A DNA stretch of 36,682 nucleotides, from contig NC_068995.1 of the NCBI RefSeq assembly GCF_001194135.2, positions 35,914,871-35,951,552 on the forward strand, given 5' to 3'. The notes under the pieces are model-generated. The model ran no database searches and was not told the origin of the DNA. It saw only the letters and a list, made by a program, of their open reading frames with translations. Below, piece by piece: positions 22,650-32,623 of this stretch. The DNA comes from Octopus bimaculoides. Lineage: Eukaryota. The position numbers and the translations under genes are program-made. How positions within the stretch are numbered: the stretch's first letter is position 1; each line of letters begins with the position of its first letter.

Positions 22650-24990
22650 AAATTATCAATAATATTCGCAGGAAATCAATATTTAATATTTAAATTTCGA
22701 AAGATATACATCCAATATGACATGGTAGTATAATAAATTTAAAATTTAAGATATTCGAAATATAAATATATATAAAAATATGAATGTAGATAAAGATACA
22801 TGTGAATATAAATGCATATAAAAATTTATGCGTAATTGAGCATGAATCTTATAAAGTCTAAAATTTTAAAAAGTCTAAAATTAAAAAAAAATTAAACATC
22901 TGACGATTGTTTCGCGGATATTATTGTAACACCAATGTAATCAAAAGATCAGCATACTATCAATAATTCCACTCTTCGGAGATGAATGGATTTATAATCT
23001 ATGTGTTAAGAACGAATGGTATATGTAATATTAATTAAAATATTAAAAAATATTTAAAATATTAAAAATATTAAAGTGTATACTGTCTTTTAAAGAAATT
23101 GTAAAATTAATCCTCCTATAATTTGGAAAGTTCATTTTTTTATCCTTTGTTGAAATTTTAAGTGATATATATTTTTTTTATAAAAATTGGTATGTTTTTC
23201 TGAATATATATAAGACTTCGGTATGTAATTATAGTAAAATTCATCTTGTTGTTGGATANNNNNNNNNNNNNNNNNNNNNNNNNNNNNNNNNNNNNNNNNN
23301 NNNNNNNNNNNNNNNNNNNNNNNNNNNNNNNNNNNNNNNNNNNNNNNNNNNNNNNNNNNNNNNNNNNNNNNNNNNNNNNNNNNNNNNNNNNNNNNNNNNN
23401 NNNNNNNNNNNNNNNNNNNNNNNNNNNNNNNNNNNNNNNNNNNNNNNNNNNNNNNNNNNNNNNNNNNNNNNNNNNNNNNNNNNNNNNNNNNNNNNNNNNN
23501 NNNNNNNNNNNNNNNNNNNNNNNNNNNNNNNNNNNNNNNNNNNNNNNNNNNNNNNNNNNNNNNNNNNNNNNNNNNNNNNNNNNNNNNNNNNNNNNNNNNN
23601 NNNNNNNNNNNNNNNNNNNNNNNNNNNNNNNNNNNNNNNNNNNNNNNNNNNNNNNNNNNNNNNNNNNNNNNNNNNNNNNNNNNNNNNNNNNNNNNNNNNN
23701 NNNNNNNNNNNNNNNNNNNNNNNNNNNNNNNNNNNNNNNNNNNNNNNNNNNNNNNNNNNNNNNNNNNNNNNNNNNNNNNNNNNNNNNNNNNNNNNNNNNN
23801 NNNNNNNNNNNNNNNNNNNNNNNNNNNNNNNNNNNNNNNNNNNNNNNNNNNNNNNNNNNNNNNNNNNNNNNNNNNNNNNNNNNNNNNNNNNNNNNNNNNN
23901 NNNNNNNNNNNNNNNNNNNNNNNNNNNNNNNNNNNNNNNNNNNNNNNNNNNNNNNNNNNNNNNNNNNNNNNNNNNNNNNNNNNNNNNNNNNNNNNNNNNN
24001 NNNNNNNNNNNNNNNNNNNNNNNNNNNNNNNNNNNNNNNNNNNNNNNNNNNNNNNNNNNNNNNNNNNNNNNNNNNNNNNNNNNNNNNNNNNNNNNNNNNN
24101 NNNNNNNNNNNNNNNNNNNNNNNNNNNNNNNNNNNNNNNNNNNNNNNNNNNNNNNNNNNNNNNNNNNNNNNNNNNNNNNNNNNNNNNNNNNNNNNNNNNN
24201 NNNNNNNNNNNNNNNNATTAATAATTGTGACTATGCATTTATATATTATATTCAATCTTTTACAATTGCCTTGTAAAGGACATATTTTTTTATTTTTACA
24301 TGAGCAATTATTATTGTTTTTATATTTCTGTTGTGGTGAATGGTTATTATTATCCTTATTATTATTAGTGGTATATAAAGTATTACTTTTAGAATTTGTT
24401 GTAGTGTCTATTATGTTGAAGTTATGTGTATTTATTATTTGTGAATTGTTTTTATTTATATTAGGTTGTATTGTTGGGTTTATTGATATATTTTGTCTTT
24501 TTTCAGTTATATGGTATTTATTATGTTTTTGCAGTCCTATTATACTAATATTATTATTAGCGGTTTGCATATTTATATCCGTATCTATTTGTGATGTCAT
24601 TATTATTATTATTATTATTATTGCTATTATTAACATTATTGTTATTATGGTGGGGTTTTTTATATGTATGAATTTTTCGTCTATTTGAACTGGCATTAAT
24701 AGATCCTATGTTTGGTGTTGTAGAAAAAGAAATTTTAATACATAATCTATTGAATATGTGGTGATACTTATGTTCTGTGGGGAAACATTTTTTAATTATA
24801 TTAAGCAATTTTTTTGCTAAGCCTTTGACTTTTAAGGAAAATAGAGGTGTAAACCATATAATTTGTCTATTTGAGCTCCACTTAGGTAATTTTTGGTATT
24901 TATCTAATGATTTTAGGAAGTGTATATTATTCATAGGATGTTTATTTTGATGTTTAGTTCTTTGTGTTTTACTATTTTTAGAATTTTTGG
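22650..24990 (-). mobile_element. Penelope-like element (Neptune-type), 5'-truncated, spanning the 23259-24216 gap
   Basis: Minus peptides RQIIWFTPLFSLKVKGLAKKLLNIIKKCFPTEHKYHHIFNRLCIKISFSTTPNIGSI (RT thumb/linker) and CSCKNKKICPLQGNCKRLNIIYKCIV (Cys-rich start of the GIY-YIG domain). A decayed endonuclease C-terminus lies left of the gap and a hammerhead motif lies downstream. Confidence 0.8.
22897..22984 (-). ncRNA. Type I hammerhead ribozyme motif (U4C core variant) in the PLE 3' region
   Basis: Minus: CATCT (stem I) CCGAAGA (core) GTGGA-ATTATTG...CAATAAT-A-TCCGC (long stem II) GAAAC-AATC-GT (2-bp stem III) C^AGATG (stem I'). The canonical core is CUGANGA...GAAA...NUH. Confidence 0.7.
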
Positions 24991-24994
24991 AAAT

Positions 24995-25228
24995 CACACG
25001 CCAATCATTCATGACTTGACCACCCTTTTCTCCTGACCTAAACCCTATCGAACAGCTCTGGTCGATCTTGAAGAAAAAAGTGTATGAAGGAAGTATCCAT
25101 TTTTCATCGAAGGATGCCCTGTGGGAAAAGATCAAAACAGTTTCTGATACCATGACATCTCAGATTAGTCGGCCAACAGCTTCTGTGGACAAAAGACTGT
25201 TTGATGTCATTTCTAAACAAGGAAGTTA
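24995..25228 (+). pseudogene. Tc1/mariner transposase C-terminal fragment
   Basis: MT*PPFSPDLNPIEQLWSILKKKVYEG...SKDALWEKIK...SVDKRLFDVISKQGSY; the WP..SPDLNPIE motif has W changed to a stop. Confidence 0.8.
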
Positions 25229-25231
25229 CAC

Positions 25232-25393
25232 CATCATCATCATCGTTTAACGTCCGTTTTCCATGCTAGCATGGGTTGGACGATTTGACTGAGGACTAGT
25301 GAAACCGGATGGCAACACCAGGCTCCAGTCTGATTTGGCAGAGTTTCTACAGCTGGATGCCCTTCCTAGCGCCAACCACTCAGAGAGTGTAAT
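25232..25393 (-). mobile_element. Short RTE 3' end
   Basis: (ATC)n tail on plus; truncated just downstream of the last pseudoknot. Confidence 0.85.
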
Positions 25394-25689
25394 ACGCTGC
25401 TTCTGTTCTCTTCTACTTCTCTACTAGAAACGTTTACTTTGGAATTTACTTCTATTGAGAAAAAAAAATTGTGTGCATGTTATTTTTAACGTAAGTTTTC
25501 TTATGATGGCTTCTCTTTTCAGCTTATTACTTCATTAGAAATCTACGGATGCACATACGCACATAATAGAGAAAAATGAAACAAATATGGACGACTTGCT
25601 ACGAAACACCACCGAGTGGGGAACGCTTCTCAAAAATAACCTGCAGTTGTTTCCTTCAAAATTCCTACATGCTCGAAATGTACATACAT

Positions 25690-25905
25690 CAAGGTATATT
25701 TGTAGAAAATTTCAAGAAAAAATATTCATTTTCCTGGAAGTTAAGAAGAATTTAAGTGGACTCTGTTGGAATTTCCGAAAATTGTCCCTCACCCCCATTC
25801 CAAAACACTTTCACCGGAAATGTTTGTATATTCGGAATCTACATAATAAATACTATATGCATAGAAAATTTCATTTAAAAAATATTCATTTTTCTGAAGG
25901 TTATG
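25690..25905. repeat. Fragment related to the foldback element at 28065-28690, with an internal subrepeat
   Basis: gtatatttgtagaaaatttcaagaaaaaatattcattttcctggaagttaag and tagaaaatttcatttaaaaaatattcatttttctgaagg resemble 28495-28550. Confidence 0.45.
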
Positions 25906-26226
25906 ACCTTCCAAAGTCTGGGGGGTACAACTCTGTAGTTATGCCGGATCTTTCAGTGGACCAAGTTATCAACAAAAATTTGACCTGCAATAAAGCGTGA
26001 TATACAGTTTGTGTGTGTGTGTGTGTGTGTGTGCATGTATGTGTGTGTGTATTGTGTTTAGCTTAAGTGAGATATATGTTACTAGAGTTTCCATTTCAAA
26101 TGGAATATGACAAAGCACTCTAAATCTTTGCTGAAATATCTATGTGAGGTTAGGACTGGCTGGCATGTACAGGTATAAAATTGGATTGTTCAATAAAGTT
26201 ATTGATACTATTAGATTAAAAGCGCC

Positions 26227-26400
26227 CATGCAGTGCCATGTAAAAGCACTCAGCACACTATGTGAAGTGGTTGGCATTAGGAAAAGAATCCAAGTGTAGA
26301 AACCATGCCAAATCAGACTGGAGTCTGGTGCAGCTCCCCCAGCTCTGATCAAGCCATCCAACTCATCTCAGCATGGACAACAGATGTTAAATGATGATGA

Positions 26401-26401
<1 letters not shown>
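26227..26401 (+). mobile_element. Older RTE-type 3' end with a variant pseudoknot
   Basis: CATG-C-AGTGC-CATG-TAAAA-GCACT, then gtggttggcattaggaa...gcatggacaacagatgttaaatgatgatga. Confidence 0.7.
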
Positions 26402-26445
<44 letters not shown>

Positions 26446-27208
26446 NNNNNNNNNNNNNNNNNNNNNNNNNNNNNNNNNNNNNNNNNNNNNNNNNNNNNNN
26501 NNNNNNNNNNNNNNNNNNNNNNNNNNNNNNNNNNNNNNNNNNNNNNNNNNNNNNNNNNNNNNNNNNNNNNNNNNNNNNNNNNNNNNNNNNNNNNNNNNNN
26601 NNNNNNNNNNNNNNNNNNNNNNNNNNNNNNNNNNNNNNNNNNNNNNNNNNNNNNNNNNNNNNNNNNNNNNNNNNNNNNNNNNNNNNNNNNNNNNNNNNNN
26701 NNNNNNNNNNNNNNNNNNNNNNNNNNNNNNNNNNNNNNNNNNNNNNNNNNNNNNNNNNNNNNNNNNNNNNNNNNNNNNNNNNNNNNNNNNNNNNNNNNNN
26801 NNNNNNNNNNNNNNNNNNNNNNNNNNNNNNNNNNNNNNNNNNNNNNNNNNNNNNNNNNNNNNNNNNNNNNNNNNNNNNNNNNNNNNNNNNNNNNNNNNNN
26901 NNNNNNNNNNNNNNNNNNNNNNNNNNNNNNNNNNNNNNNNNNNNNNNNNNNNNNNNNNNNNNNNNNNNNNNNNNNNNNNNNNNNNNNNNNNNNNNNNNNN
27001 NNNNNNNNNNNNNNNNNNNNNNNNNNNNNNNNNNNNNNNNNNNNNNNNNNNNNNNNNNNNNNNNNNNNNNNNNNNNNNNNNNNNNNNNNNNNNNNNNNNN
27101 NNNNNNNNNNNNNNNNNNNNNNNNNNNNNNNNNNNNNNNNNNNNNNNNNNNNNNNNNNNNNNNNNNNNNNNNNNNNNNNNNNNNNNNNNNNNNNNNNNNN
27201 NNNNNNNN

Positions 27209-27300
27209 TGATCATCATCATTTAATATATGCTTTCCATGCTGGCATGGGTAGGATAGTTTGACAGAAGCTGGCTAGGCAGAAGACTCACCAAGCTTCAG
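27209..27300 (-). mobile_element. Short RTE 3' tail
   Basis: atcatcatcatttaatatatgctttccatgctggcatggg on plus. Confidence 0.6.
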
Positions 27301-27349
27301 TGTCCGTTTTGAGATTTGTGTGTGTGTGTGTGCGTGCAGACATGTAGTA

Positions 27350-28023
27350 GGCGTAGGTGTGACTGTGTGGTAAGAAACTTGTTTCCCAATTATATGGTCC
27401 CTCTCTCTCTCTCGGAGAGGCACAAGCACCTACACACACATATACACATGCAGCAGTAACTTCTGCCTACCAAAGTTAATCACAAAGTTTTGGTCAGTAC
27501 CGCCTGACTGGCCTTCGTGCCGGTGGCACGTAAAAGCACCCACTACACTCTTGGAGTGGTTGGAGTTAGGAAGGGCATCCAGCCGTAGAAATTTCGCCAG
27601 ATCAGATTGGAGCCTGGTGAAGCCTTCTGACTCACCAGCCCTCAGTCAAACCGTCCAACCCATGCCAGCATGGAAAGGGGACGTTAAACGATGATGATGA
27701 TGGTCCCAAGTTCAGTCGCACAGTGAGATACCTTGGGCAAGCGCCTTCTACAGACCAAAGTCATGTGAGTGGATTTAGTAGATGGAAACTGAAAGAAGGC
27801 CGTCGAATGTGTATCTTTGTGTTTGTGTTTGCCCCACCACCACCACCATCATCGCTTAACAACCGATGTCGGTGTATTTAAGTCCTGTAACTAAGGGGTT
27901 CGGCAAAAGTGACTGATAGAATAAAAACCAGGCTTAAAAAAAAAAAAGCATGAGTCAATTCATTTGACTAAAACTCTTCAAGGCGGTGCTCCAGCATGAC
28001 CGCAGTGTAATGACTGAAACAAG
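27350..28023 (+). mobile_element. SINE family B split in its tRNA head by a chimeric insertion (27402-27707) that contains an RTE 3' end
   Basis: The head stops at ATGGTCCC (27394-27401) and resumes after a second ATGGTCCC (27700-27707); the RTE part is 27495-27702. Confidence 0.75.
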
Positions 28024-28064
28024 ATGTTATAATACACACACACACACACAAACGCACAACTTGG

Positions 28065-28690
28065 GGCATACCTCCACGTGCGTGCCCCGCCCCCTTACTT
28101 CGTTGCGTCATAACTTCCAGAATAAACCTTTCTACAAATACACTTCAGATGGAGTAGATTCTGATTATATCGGAATTTGTAATGAAAAGACTTTTTCGAG
28201 GAGTTTCAGAAAATTCACACGAGCCGACTTTGTTTACTCATAACTTGCAGAAAAATGAGTAATTTCCTATAAATACCTTTCAGAGCGTGTAGATTAAAAT
28301 GATATAGGAATTTAATACAGAATAACATTGGTGAGCTCGTACACATGCATACTGACACACGTCAAATCTATACACAAAATAAAACTTGAAATTTCGAAAG
28401 AAATTGTGATGTGTAGCAGTATGTATGTCTAATAGACCTCCAACTTTCTTTTTGATACTAAATTCCTTCATAATCGTAATCGACACATTCTAAAGTGTAT
28501 TCGTAGAAAAGTTCATGAAAAAATAACCATTTTTCTGAAATTTATGAGGAAACGAAAACTGACTCCTGTGAAATTTCCGAAACTCTTCTCCTCGACGACA
28601 GAAAAAAAATTTTCACAACAAACTCCCATATAATCGAATCTGAAGCGTATTTGTAGAAAAGTCGGGGCAGCATACATGTATAGGTACATC
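28065..28690. mobile_element. Foldback/long-TIR non-autonomous DNA transposon with candidate 8-bp TSD
   Basis: Imperfect inverted arms ~28065-28315 and ~28455-28690 (e.g. tttctacaaatacacttcagat vs atctgaagcgtatttgtagaaa); CAACTTGG at 28057-28064 and 28691-28698. Confidence 0.6.
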
Positions 28691-30060
28691 CAACTTGGTT
28701 ACTTTTTCCTTTTTTTAAAGAACGGTACAGTATCTATGATACTTTAGAGGACCTCGGGGTCAAGTGAGGCGAAGTGGGTATGTTATCTTTGATTGGAGAA
28801 ATGACCCAGATGCAGTTAAAGCACCCATAGACCAGGTGGTTATTTCGTAAACCATGCAGTAGATTAAATGTATCCCTTCCAGAAAATGAACTGTACCTCC
28901 GATGGGCTACCTTACAGTTTCCAGTTATTCAAGTTCACTCATAATTTTAATTCACAATAAAATAAGTATTTTGTGGGAACTGTCACAACATCGAAATACT
29001 ACCAGAAAATCGGAATGAGGTGGGGGTAATAGATGACGAAAACAATTTAGAAATGGAACGACAAGTGACAAGAAATGTAGTTGTTTGTAAACAAAAAAAT
29101 GTATGTTTTAGTTCTGCAGATGTCTGTACTTCAAACCAAAGACCGCCAATAAATTAATCCTAGTATCATTTTTGTCTATGAATGACACTATATACATTCA
29201 TCCAGTTACTTGGTAAAATTAGAGTTAGTTGCTGGTACATTACATCATGTTAAAGATTGTTTACACTTTTTCCGGGACACCAGTTAATGGGTTCATGAAA
29301 TTTTGAGTATCTACTAACAATATACAAATGTTCAAATAAATTTTGGTAAATACTGAAAACAATTCACGAACGTATTTACTTGGTTGGCAACAGTTTGATT
29401 TGCTGTCGTTGCGTTTTGATTTTTGGGTCCATACCTCTCTCTCTCTCAAATATATATATATCTGTGTGTGTGTAGATAGATAGATATAAAATCACACACA
29501 AATGCACGCGTTCTGGGCTGCCAAATAGTATATTCTTAATAATACTGTCACCTTAATTTGCAGACAATCTCTCTCACGGCTGTCATTTGACATATTTGTC
29601 TAGTTAATGCTTTGCTAATGTGGATTATTAATTTACTCTCAAAATATTAAGTGAATCTCACTAAAACAATGAGAATGTCACACTGAATGCTTTGCGGTGA
29701 GGTACATGGTACCAAACCGGCCTCTACTGCCTGTTATTTGCATTTATTGTCAGTACATTGATAATTAAATTATGAAAAGCTTGGCTAGTAACACCCAAGG
29801 GTATCGACAGTTCAGAAAGTTAGAATAATTAAAAGGAAATAACAGCGATAAATTTACTTGTTTCACTTTCAAGAGTCCCTGAAACGAAAAGGTGCCGATA
29901 ATACCATAGTATTATATGCAGTTATATTTGGTAGAAATAAGTTGAAATGAAAATGAAAAACTTACTTCAAAAGTCCAGAACAGTAGTATTCAATAAAAGT
30001 TCTCAAATCCAAATGCAACGTTATTCTGGAGATGTTATCATCATCTCTAAAACGATCCTT

Positions 30061-30400
30061 ATTTTAATAACATCGCATAGTATCAATTAAGCGACGTAAG
30101 CAAAGTAGGCGAAAGTAAAGAACACGTATACCCAGTGGTTAGGGTTTTTTGTTATGCCGAAAACGGATGGTGTACGTATTCTTTACCTCTGCCCGCAAAG
30201 TATTTACGATGACATTAAGCAAAGTACACGATTGCAATAAACAACCATCACATAAGAACGGGTTTGACGTCGACCAAGCAGGAAGCAACATTAACTACAG
30301 TAAACATCCACCCACGTGCATTCAACCTACTTCCAAAGCCAGCTTCTGGACAGTAGCAGTACTTTCGTATCAACTGCTGAGTTTACAAGTTTTTCTTAAT
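30061..30400. promoter_or_regulatory. CpG-retaining segment, candidate promoter region
   Basis: 14 CpG counted in 30061-30300 versus visibly sparse CpG in 1-27 kb; TGACGTCG, GGAAG and CACGTG motifs nearby. Inference only. Confidence 0.25.
30108..30194. mobile_element. 87-bp hairpin mini-MITE with 8-bp TSD GCAAAGTA
   Basis: ~25-bp imperfect inverted repeat (30108-30132 / 30169-30193) flanked by GCAAAGTA at 30100-30107 and 30195-30202. Confidence 0.6.
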
Positions 30401-30408
30401 TTGTTTCG

Positions 30409-30541
30409 TGGCAGAATTGCTAGACCAATGAACTAAATGCTATACGATATTTGTTTTGGATACTTATTATTCGGGTTCAAATTTCATCGAGGTTAACTCT
30501 ACCTTATTTTATTAGGACAGTCGGGTAAAATAAATAACAGA
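30409..30541 (+). mobile_element. Degenerate SINE family D
   Basis: ggcagaattgctag...aaatgctatacgatattt...gggttcaaatttcatcgaggttaactctacc...gggtaaaataaataacag is collinear with the reverse complement of 36294-36494. Confidence 0.5.
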
Positions 30542-30829
30542 CAAAATATGAATCGAATGTCTCAAACACCAATGACAATATCGGCAAAATTCCAAAAAAT
30601 AAAAAAAGTTGAGGTGTTATGTGGTTGCCTAAACCAGAATCCCGTCACAATATCAAGCCTTGTGCCTATAAAATAAATCGTTATTCTGTTGGAGAATTTT
30701 TATTTAAACTGTATTCAACTATTTATCAATTTCTTTCAAATTTCATCGACTTTTTCACACAAATAGTAATTTTCGTTTTCTGCACTGAAGATGAGAAATT
30801 AATTTTTTCGGATATCAATCGGATTGATA

Positions 30830-31014
<185 letters not shown>

Positions 31015-32042
31015 ACATGTATTTATAGAGCTATGCCCGTACACTCTGAGGTAGAAGAGCACAGACTTTATATACATACATACATATATATACATGTTCA
31101 GCTTTATACCTGTAATTATTGGGATCCTTGGATATGTAACACACTGCCTAAATACCAATCTTGAGAAATTAGGCTTCTCAAAACCAGGAGAAAGTTAATT
31201 CAAAGACTACAGATCCAATCCCAGTGGTAGCTCGTGTATAGACTGTGGAACTGCAGCACCCCCTATTATCACTCAATATTATCGATAACTTTCAATATAA
31301 TGAGTCCTTTTTTCTTTAATTCTTTCTATATATATTTGTACATTATATAATCCTTAAGCTTAATGTCAGTAGCCATCCCCCAGTTTATGAAAAAAATACA
31401 AAAATCCTTCTATAGAACTGTGCGCTTCACAGTTCTAGTAATATGGTGTTTTTGGCTCATATGTTCGAGGGAGGAAGAGCACTACGTGAACGACATTATT
31501 ACTATTTATTGGTAAAATAAGTATTTTTATAGAAATTCATTTGTTATATATTGTTAGCTGATATTCTAATAAACGATATGTTAGTAGTATAAAGTTTAAT
31601 TTTAGTTTAAATAAAAGCTTCGATAAGTATAATATCGTTAAATATTTTTCTTTTATTTATTAGTAATATAAGTACTTTTACTTCTTGATATAATGAGTAT
31701 TTTTATATAAATTCATGTTATTTATTGTTGGTTGATATACATACATTCATTTTATTATTATTATTGTTGCATTTTGACCCGAAGATTAGCTATATTTTTG
31801 AATAGAATTGATTTTCAATCGATTTATTTTAATCGATTTGATTTGATTTTATTTTCTATTTGAAAATTTGGTTATGAAACACGTGTAGTCATTTTATTAT
31901 TTCAATTGATTATCACTTTGTATTTTATTATAGTTCTTTTTAGTGTATTTACTTATTAAATTTTTCTATATATGACTGGATTTTCATGGATGAGTTCATG
32001 AACTTTGATTCTTTTGTCTAAATTATATATATATATATATAA

Positions 32043-32368
32043 AGACCTCCTTCAGTCATGAATGACCATGAGATTGCACTTAGAAAGTTCCCCTCCGAGA
32101 CACAAATCCAGGTAAGGCTGTTTATGGAAGACCAGCAGTCACCCATGCATACCAACCTTCCCTCTCCACACCACCAATGTCATCCAAGGGAAAGGCAAAG
32201 GTTGATATGGCTTGGCACCAGTGACATTGCAACTCATTTCTACAGCTGAGTGAACTGGAGCAATGTGAAATAAAGTCTCTTGTTCAAGAATAAAACACAC
32301 AGCCCAGTCCGGGAATCAAACTCATTATCACAAGATTGTGAGCCCTACACTCTAACCACTGAGCCATA
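32043..32368 (-). mobile_element. tRNA-derived SINE family C (CORE-like)
   Basis: Minus head tatggctcagtggttagagtgtagggctcacaatc...gagtttgattccc, then ttgctccagttcactcagctgtagaaatgagt. Confidence 0.65.
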
Positions 32369-32381
32369 CACACACACACAA

Positions 32382-32530
32382 CATCATCATCATCATTATT
32401 ATGTAACATCCATTTTCCATGCTGGCATGAGCCAATGACAAAGAGAACTCTGCCAAGCTCTAGTGCCTGCTTTGACATAGTTTCTACAGATGAATGCCCT
32501 TCTGAACACTGGGTGCGTTTTACAAGTTAG
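32382..32530 (-). mobile_element. Old RTE-type 3' tail
   Basis: (ATC)n...catccattttccatgctggcatg...tttctacagatgaatgcccttc on plus. Confidence 0.55.
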
Positions 32531-32585
32531 AAGCACATAAGAACTGTCAATAGTATGAGTGCATCCAAACATGCATACACACACA

Positions 32586-32622
<37 letters not shown>

Positions 32623-32623
<1 letters not shown>

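Noticed and set aside
1668-27263. Long ORFs spanning N runs (e.g. 7394-8401, 23246-24688, 26349-27263)
   Set aside because: They are open only because N codons lack stops; the flanking residues are microsatellite translations. Only the PLE part of 23158-24696 is meaningful.
27516-27560. Pseudoknot module as a pistol, HDV-like or twister ribozyme
   Set aside because: The P1-loop-AAA start resembles pistol, but P2, P3 and the GU site are missing; no nested double pseudoknot or twister core could be built by eye. It is kept only as an unclassified pseudoknot.
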